A DNA stretch of 24,000 nt from Methanosarcinales archaeon (lineage in GTDB: Archaea > Halobacteriota > Methanosarcinia > Methanosarcinales > Methanocomedenaceae). Of this stretch, positions 1 to 7,900 are shown one piece after another. The notes beneath the pieces are model-generated. The model did no database searches, had not been told where the DNA came from, and saw only the letters and a program-made list of their open reading frames with translations. A program made the position numbers and the translations under genes. Positions within the stretch are counted from its first letter, which is position 1. Every line of letters starts with the position of its first letter. The DNA lies in assembly GCA_014859725.1 (NCBI GenBank), contig JACUTQ010000001.1:17619-41618 (forward strand), read 5' to 3'.

Positions 1-345
1 GATTTCATCTATCTTAAGAGTTCCATAAATGACTTTTTTGATTTTATCAACAACTCTTCCTCCCTCCCTTATTTTGATAACTTGTCCATAGTCAACACAT
101 GTCTCTGCATAATACTCAGGAATAGTATTTGTATAGTCATCATGTCCATCAGAAAATATTTCAATTTTCTTATCTGGAAAAGGTAATTGTACCCTATCAA
201 AAACTTTTTCAAATAATTTTTCACATGTTTTTTTTGTTCGTTTCCCAATCTCATAAGCAACGATGAGATATGACCCTCTCGTCATGAAAGTGAATATCCA
301 TGCATCACCTTCGATATCTGAATTAGGGCTTCCGGGCTCAACGTT
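1..345 (-). CDS. IS1-family transposase, catalytic remainder in the -1 frame (3' end beyond window start)
   Basis: My own translation of the -1 frame from the A7C run gives NVEPGSPNSDIEGDAWIFTFMTRGSYLIVAYEIGKRTKKTCEKLFEKVFDRVQLPFPDKKIEIFSDGHDDYTNTIPEYYAETCVDYGQVIKIREGGRVVDKIKKVIYGTLKIDEI. It is open to position 1. This frame is not in the supplied ORF track because it is truncated. Confidence 0.7.
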
Positions 346-761
346 TTTTTGTTTTTTTTTACGAATGTCCACATTTCGTCAACCTCAAATTGTCCAAGTT
401 TTACATCATGAAGAAGAATAGAATTTACTAGTTCAGCATGCAAGGCAAGATCTTCAATTAGATTTCCTATTGTATCCCTATGGTGGCCTGTTATTCGTTC
501 AATCGATCTGATGCCATTTTTCTCTACAAGGTGTTTGCAGATGTTGATTATCTCGGGTTTCGAAAGATGTTTATGATATAATGGAGTTCCCTTAGTCTCC
601 ATGAAAAAGGTCTTGCAGTGATGACAATAATATCTTTGATGACCTGTGCTGTACTTACCACGTTTGATTATATCTTTACCTTCTTCTTTTAGATAATACG
701 TGCATTTCTCATTCTGGCATATTACTTTGATTTCTCCACGGGGTCGAGCCATATTTATCAC
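282..761 (-). CDS. IS1-family transposase, N-terminal reading frame (zinc ribbon + HTH + first DDE aspartate)
   Basis: 159-aa ORF. The motif STGHQRYYCHHCKTFF closely parallels the E. coli IS1 InsA motif (AGHQRYLCSHC). DEMWTFVKKNKK lies at the frame break. The ORF ends 60 nt after the A9-C-A7-C run at 343-360. Confidence 0.8.
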   Translation of the reverse strand: MINMARPRGEIKVICQNEKCTYYLKEEGKDIIKRGKYSTGHQRYYCHHCKTFFMETKGTPLYHKHLSKPEIINICKHLVEKNGIRSIERITGHHRDTIGNLIEDLALHAELVNSILLHDVKLGQFEVDEMWTFVKKNKKTLSPEALIQISKVMHGYSLS

Positions 762-909
762 AAATATAGTATATGATTTTATATTATATTAAGTATCGTA
801 ATTAAGGACACTACCTGAAACTCAGGGTATAACAGATCATATTTGGTCGTAGAAGGAATTATTGATGCTTAAAGCAGGGGGTATCAATTATATATTAGGA
901 CATTACCGA

Positions 910-1965
910 TTATTTAGTGAACACAATATTTTTCACATCATGCAAAACAATATGGCATTTTTTGCATTCAGGATATAAATCATGGATTAACTTTTGATGC
1001 GGCAACCCATGGCAGGATTCGCATGTGGGTAAGTAACCATGTTTTGGATGGCAGTAAATACAATTCAGATCGTCATGTTTCGTATTGCTTGAACGTAACT
1101 CGGAATCAATAGCTTCATGACAAATTGCACAATCATTTCTTGTAATACTTGAGGGGATATTGATAACAGCCGGATCATGAGCAGGATGACATCCAAGACA
1201 TTCGCTATTTGTCATATCTGAAGCATGAGGGATATGACAATCCATGCATTCGGGGATCTGCTCATGGACGGGGTGACATTCTGAGCAACCTAAGGCTGTA
1301 TGTTTTGTGTTCCCCTGCTCCAGTACATCACTCACCACTTCATGACAGACAGCACAGTTTTCACCGGCAATACTTTCAGGGTAATCGATTTCCTGGGGCA
1401 TATGTGCCGGATGGCAGTTCAGGCATTCACTATATGCCATCCCCCTGGCGTGCGGCGCATGACAGTTGGTGCATACCTCGATCTGTCCATGGGTCTGGTG
1501 ACAGTAATTACATCTCAGATCAGCATGTCTACCCGGATTATCAAAGAACTCCTCAATTTGCCCGGGATGACAGAGGGAACAGGAGCTTTCTAAGTCTAGG
1601 CTTATTGTGATACTCATAGGAGCATGTTTATCATGACATTCCCTGCAATCTTGAAGCTGTGTGCCGTGGACAAGTTCATGGCAATCAGTACATTTTGGCT
1701 TTAGACCGTGCCGGATATGACAGAGGGTACAACCTTTATCGTGTCCCCTGCCTTCCTGTGATATGGAAGTGAACGCCTTGATATGGCATTCTCCACAGGT
1801 TTCATCGGAAACACTCAAATACTCAATAATCGGAGCGGCTGCCGCCGGAGGTGTTGCTTCTATTGGCATTAGTTCGGGTTCCTGGGGTGTGGATAAACAC
1901 CCGGACCCGATAATAATGAACAGTACAATGGCTACTCCAAACAATGCCTTCTTCATCATAATCAT
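910..1965 (-). CDS. 16-haem c-type cytochrome, predicted lipoprotein
   Basis: 16 CxxCH motifs by manual count, and every Cys after the lipobox sits in one. The internal ATG at 1965 gives MIMMKKALFGVAIVLFIIIGSGC, i.e. a signal peptide with a lipobox-like GSGC. About 9 motifs have the form CxxCHxxH. The track ORF extends to an ATG at 2046, but that would overlap the upstream gene by 47 nt and add a non-signal 27-aa leader. Confidence 0.9.
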   Translation of the reverse strand: MIMMKKALFGVAIVLFIIIGSGCLSTPQEPELMPIEATPPAAAAPIIEYLSVSDETCGECHIKAFTSISQEGRGHDKGCTLCHIRHGLKPKCTDCHELVHGTQLQDCRECHDKHAPMSITISLDLESSCSLCHPGQIEEFFDNPGRHADLRCNYCHQTHGQIEVCTNCHAPHARGMAYSECLNCHPAHMPQEIDYPESIAGENCAVCHEVVSDVLEQGNTKHTALGCSECHPVHEQIPECMDCHIPHASDMTNSECLGCHPAHDPAVINIPSSITRNDCAICHEAIDSELRSSNTKHDDLNCIYCHPKHGYLPTCESCHGLPHQKLIHDLYPECKKCHIVLHDVKNIVFTK

Positions 1966-1999
1966 TGTATTACCTTTACAAGTGAATGCTTTAAATAAT

Positions 2000-4900
2000 T
2001 CATTTCTTATAACGAATCCCTTTCTTGAATATCTTTTGCTCACCATCTTTCATCTTCACAATGAATTCATCAGTTTTACCGCCATTTATATTCAGGTATA
2101 ACCTGGTTTTTTCATCGTTAAGTTCCAGAGTAAGATCATTTACATCAGTGGATACTTTTATGATCTTGCCGTCATCGATTTTTTCGATGTTGGCTGTTTT
2201 TGCCCAATCAATACCATAATTCTGTTCCAATTGTTCTAGGAGTTTTTCGCTATCGATTCCTGGAACTTCATTAAAGTTAAACAAATATCCACTCTTCCTT
2301 AGCAGAAGCATCAAACCAGCAAGACCTGCCCCGGTACCAATTACTATTAAAGTTATCGGCATAGATTCCTGTTCAGCTTCGGTTGGTATTTGTATCGAGA
2401 AAACGGCTTCATTCACAGGACCCCATTTATTGTCACGTTCCATTGCACGAATATATATGGTATGGTCACCTAGTTCAAGTCCGGTGGTATCAATGGTAAA
2501 TTCAACCTCTTCCACCTGCTCGTCGAATGTTCCATCCAGGGGCATAAGCTGCGTACCTGTACCTGGCGGACCTTCAACATCTATGAAATATTCTATTGTT
2601 TTCACTTTCATCTTCCAGCTGGACATGGCAGCAGCATTCACTGTCACTGTCTCCCCGAATGTGACGACCTCTGAAGACATATTGATCGAGACAATATAGG
2701 GTATGTCAGGTTCGAAAATATTGATCACATGGAGTCCGGGATAATCTGCTGCATGACACCGGTTGCAATCTTCAATCTGGCCGTGATTCTCGTCACTTAG
2801 ATCCACTGCACCATAGGTTGGCAATTCCATATATGTATGGCAATCCTGACACTGCCTGGGATACAGGTAATCAGCAGGATGCCGCTCAGGGTCAACTCCT
2901 TCTCCGTGGCAGGCCCAGCAAGCCTTATTGATATCATCGGTAAGGTTGACCTTGCTTGTTGCATTGGCATTGAGCTGGCTATGTCCGCCTAATCGGCTCT
3001 GTATCGCATCTACTGATGATATCCCAAACCCATTACTTACATCATGACATTTTACACAGTCGGACCCTCCATCCTTACCTTCGTTCAATGTTGGTACATG
3101 GAATGTATCAGGAGATCCACCTATGGAAAAGTTATCGTTAATATGGAGCTGACTGGTGTTATACCCTCCCACCTTCTCATCATCATCAATATCTGCTTCC
3201 ATAAGCCTGTCTGAAAAAACCCTGACCTCAGTAAGGCTCACAATGTCGGTATCAAATCCATGAAATACACTATCTACTTTAGCTGTTAAGATGACAAAAT
3301 CATCGATGTTATGATTTTCAGATGAAAGGTCATACTCAAATTCAATAATTTCTCCTACTCCGTATACACTATCCTCGATCACACTGCCGTCTTTGACCAG
3401 GGTTATATATGCTTGTTTACCATTAATATCCACTTCATTAGCTGTTAATATATAGTTCCCGTCAACATCCAGGGTCTGGTTATAACCTTCTATTAGCATA
3501 AGTTTTCTTGGCATAAGGGTCACCTTATCTTCGGTGTCCTCGTCTGAGAAGTCCAGTAATTTCTCCAGATAATATATGCGGTCTTCATCCTCATCCAGTA
3601 CAAGATATTTCTTCTTGTCAACAGTGTAGTCATCCATATGGCAGGCCCAGCAGGCAGGGTCTTTATCTTCGGGATGAATGCGTTTCCATGATCTTCCTTC
3701 CACCTTTACCAGGCCTATCTGCTCACCCCTGAATACCGCAGTAAAATTCAATTCAAGCACTACCAGGTCATATTCCATATCACCGTCCGGATTAATGAAA
3801 TCACCTTCATAGGTGAAGTTATTATCGGCAGATACCACTATTTCCTCAAGTATTGTATCATTGTGGTATAATCGCAGGAAAGCATTGTCACCATTAATAC
3901 CGATATCTTCAAATACAAGGAAGTACCGGTTGCCAAGGTGCCATTTATCGCCGACTAACAGTGTTATTTCCAGTTCTTCATCTGAAAGCCTGGATATGTT
4001 CGTCGTTGGATCAGGTGCATTACCCCATTCTTCTGCATTGTCCTCATCAAGGTGGCAGTAGATACAGCTTGTTGTATTTATCAGATCATCAGTGGAACCG
4101 TAATGGGATACCAGTGATGTGCTGGAAGGTATAATGTCATCATTGTTGCTCATTATACTGTTTAAGTGGCATGCTATACAGTCAACTGACGTACTTATAT
4201 TTTCGTCAATCTCATCAACATATCTGAAATGCTCGTATATCATTGGTTCATTGAAGATAGATTGATTAATGTTGTGGCAGTCCTTGTCAGCACAGTTTCT
4301 GGGATTATTATAATTAAGTGGATGACCACTTTCAAGCTGAGCTGCATCTGATCCATCACCATCGCCGTGACATGCCCAGCAGCGCACGTTATCTGAACTT
4401 CTATTTTCACTCAGTTCATTGGTAGCAGCTCTGTTAAGGTCATAGTGTATTGCATCTGATTTGTTCATAGCCTGAACGTCAATTTGGAATTCTGCTGGTA
4501 CGGATCCGCCTATATCATGACATTCTACACAATATTTTCCGCCACCTGCCGCTACTTTATGCACGAATTCAGTGGTTGTTGCGGTTGTGGAGAGTAGACT
4601 GCCATGACAACCTTTGCAAACGACATCGTTGTAGTTACTACTATTGATTGATGAGTGATTGTACCAGCCCTGACCTGTACCATCCCATGATGTACTGTTG
4701 TTTGTATTGTTGTTGAATATAGTCGGTGGAACCGGGGATCGTTTCGTGCCATTGTAGTAGGATGAACTGGAATTGTGACAGATAGAACACCAGTAACTAT
4801 TGCTGCTGACATCGAGACTGACATTGCGATCATTATCACCCTTTACACTGTCTATAAAACCTAATGCACTGGTATTGTGTTTGGTATCATTGTGGCAGAA

Positions 4901-7900
4901 CTCACAGGCTCCGTTGCTGTCATTCCAGTAGTTAGTCTCATTCCACCTGCTGCCGCTTGTGGGAGCTTCGCTGTGGCTGAATCCGTAATTCTCGTCAGGT
5001 ACTTTTGGTATTGTTACATTAATGTTAGTATCAACTGCACCTGATGAATGGCAGGTGTAACAGTCAACCGCACTGCTATTCGACGTGTTGTACGTGTCGT
5101 CCTGCTGCAGGTACTTGACGCCATGTATATCACGGGCTTCGGACAGGTGACATTCACTGCAGTTTAATGTGTTGTTGTGCCTGGCTTTAGGCGTGGTAAA
5201 TGACATATAGGTGCTGTAATTGGTAGAGTCATGACAGGAAAGACAGATAGCACTGTCTTCAGTACCATTGATCATCAGGTCGGGTTTTGTAAGACTGGCG
5301 TTATGCATCCAGCCGCCATTATGACAGGTCGCGTTTGTACAGTTCGGAGTGGAATCATATCGGCTGTGTCCGGATATGTTTGCATTGAAAGTTTTGTTAG
5401 TCATGATGCTGTCAATACCGAATTCGTTGCCTCCGTTCTGGTGACAGTAACTGCAGTTCACCCCTCCGGCCCAGATACGGAGATCGCTGGAGTCACCCAC
5501 AACACTTCGTTTCTTACCGTAGTGCGAGACCAGCGAATACCAGCCGGTACTGTTTATACCCTGGATCGGTGGAAGATTGGAAGTGACTTTCATCCCGGTG
5601 AGGTTATGGCAGTTCCTGCATGAGGTGAGATTATCTGAAGTATTACCTGCTTTGAGCTTGCTGGCCTGTGCAAAGTGCTGCACTACATCAGGGGCCCAGA
5701 CTAACACCGAGGCATTTACTGAACTGGATACGCCCACCATGTGGCATTCATCGCAGGTGAATGGATTGGGACCTGGCAAATTGTTATCTGAAGTCCTGAC
5801 CCGGTCAGCATGGTCGGTATAATTGCCTGGAGCGTTTGAATCGTTCATGTGGCAGAGCCAGCAGATCTTGTTGACATCTGAAGTGTTTGATGAATAGGGA
5901 TTGGATATTGCGGCATAGGTTCTGACATTGGAATGGATTGAAAAGGTACTGTTCAGGGCAGTGACATTGATACGGGGTGCAACATCGCTGGATATATCAT
6001 GGCACCAGGTACAGTTGGCACCGAAGGTACCTTCCGCCACCCGGTGCGGGAATTCTTTGGTGGTCTTTTCAACCAGTAATGAACCGTGACAGGGTCCGCA
6101 TGCATTGTCGTTATAAGAGATCAGGGAATGGTTATAATAATCAAGGGAGACACCCTGCCAGTTGGTACCATTGGTGATTTCGGGGGCTATACCTACCAGG
6201 CTGAAAGCGGCAATCATGGAATCGTAATTGGAATCGCCTTTGTAGTGGCAGCCCGAACACCAGGTGTCATCACCTATTGAAATGTTCTTGACATTACCGC
6301 TACTGATACTTGTGATACGGCCGAGAGCTGAAACAGAGTGTTTTGTGTCGTTGTGGCAGTATTCACAGGCTTCATTGGTATTGTTCCAGTATGAACCCAA
6401 AGTGACATTGGCCCACCTCAATCCATTATTAACCTGGCTGTGTGTGAAGTTGAAATCGGTCTGCATCGGTACCTTAGGACGGTCGGTTGCCGTGATGTTG
6501 GTGCTGAGGTTATTGGAAGCGTGGCAGTCCTGGCAGTTGACGGCAGAGATGTTGAAAGTACTGTACGTGTCGTCCTGCTGCAGGTACTTGACGCCATGTA
6601 TGTCACGGGCTTCGTACAGGTGACATTCGGTGCAGTTCAGTGTATCGTTGTGTCTATTTTTTAAACCTGTTATGGATGTGTATGTAGTATAATTACCTGG
6701 ACCGTGACAGTTCAGACAAACCTGACTGCTGGGCTCACCACCCGTATAATTAGTAGTTAGATCTGGTTTATCGAGACTTTCGCTATGCATCCATCCCTCG
6801 TTATGACAGTTTACAGATGTACAGTCAGGCGTCGTACTATTATAATGCAGACTGTGATTATTGATAGAACTATTTAATTCCGGATTTGACATGGCTACAT
6901 CAAAAGAAGTACTCTCGTTTTGGTGGCAGTAACTACAATTTACACTCTCGTTGGTACCGGTCCTAAGATTACCAGCACCGATACTGCGCTTCCTGCCGTA
7001 GTGGGCTATCAGGTAACTGGCATTGCTCTGATCCTCGGGGTCCGTGCCAGAAGGAATCGTGACATCAAGTTTCATCTCGCTCAGGTTGTGACAGATCTCG
7101 CAGGAACTGAGATTATCTGAAGTATTACCTGCTGTGAGCTTGCTGGCCTGTGCAAAGTGCTGCACTACATCAGGGGCCCGGACTAACACCGAGGCATTTA
7201 CTGAAGTGGATACGCCCACCAAGTGGCATTCATCACAGGTATAGACGGGGATGCCATTGAAATCGCCCAATCTGTCAGCATGGGCTTTCTTGTTTATTTT
7301 GTCTGTATACTGACTGTTGTTCATGTGGCAAGCCCAACATATCTTGTTGGTATCGTTTACATCATCTACGTCGGTTATGCTGTCATAGGTGCTGATATTC
7401 TGGTGTACAGAGAGTGAATTGTTCACTATACTGAAGTTGACCTTTGGGGATTGTTTACTTATGTCATGACAGCCGATACAGTCAGGACCCCCTGCCGGTT
7501 GTACATCGTGCCCGTGCCCACGGGAAAGTGGAAGTGCTAGTCCTGAGAACGGTTCAATGTTGCCCTTATGGCATGTATCCAGACACCGGGTGTTGTTTCC
7601 TTCGGCAACGAAAGAAGCATGAGCGTGGATTGTGGGACCCTCACTTGCACCAGTGAGAGAGTGGCATTTCGTGCAGTCCGGATTTGAGTTCCATGTGTGA
7701 ACCCCAAAACGATCTGTGATGTTTATTTTTAACGGGCCTGCAGTATAATCTATGGTAAAAATGACATTGGTGTGACACACGAGGCAACCAGTCTGATTCG
7801 TGGGCCTACTGCTTGTCGCATTCCATGTCATAGTCCTGTGAACGTTGTCATTTAGCATCATATCGCCATCTAAAACCACATTTAAATAGTTTTTTGGCAA

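Larger units (their letters stand above)
1..761 (-). mobile_element. IS1-family insertion sequence, partial. The transposase gene runs off the window start and its reading frame is broken in an A-run. Element ends not determinable.
   Basis: The two consecutive minus-strand reading frames together spell an IS1-type transposase. Elements are an InsA-like zinc ribbon (CQNEKC...STGHQRYYCHHCKTFF), an HTH-like segment, DEMWTFV (first catalytic D), then AWIFTFMTRGSYLIVAYEIGKRT and FSDGHDDY (second D) after a frame change. Only one element end can lie in the window (762-909) and no inverted repeat can be paired. Confidence 0.8.

Noticed and set aside
69-260. 63-aa ORF in the supplied track
   Set aside because: It is the wrong frame of the IS1 transposase C-terminal region. 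The adjacent -1 frame gives a clean DDE-domain translation across the same bases.
1966-2046. 27-codon N-terminal extension of the 16-haem cytochrome ORF (ATG at 2046)
   Set aside because: It would overlap the giant gene by 47 nt and place a charged non-signal peptide ahead of an otherwise textbook signal and lipobox that starts at ATG 1965.
2294-2362. PGF-CTERM / archaeosortase sorting signal at the C-terminal TM helix
   Set aside because: No PGF tripeptide precedes the helix, and 97 further residues follow the basic patch.
4532-7495. Regularly spaced near-identical DNA segments, considered as a CRISPR-like or intergenic tandem repeat
   Set aside because: The period is ~1.48 kb, the repeats are in frame within one ORF and they encode collinear haem modules. 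There are no short repeat/spacer units.
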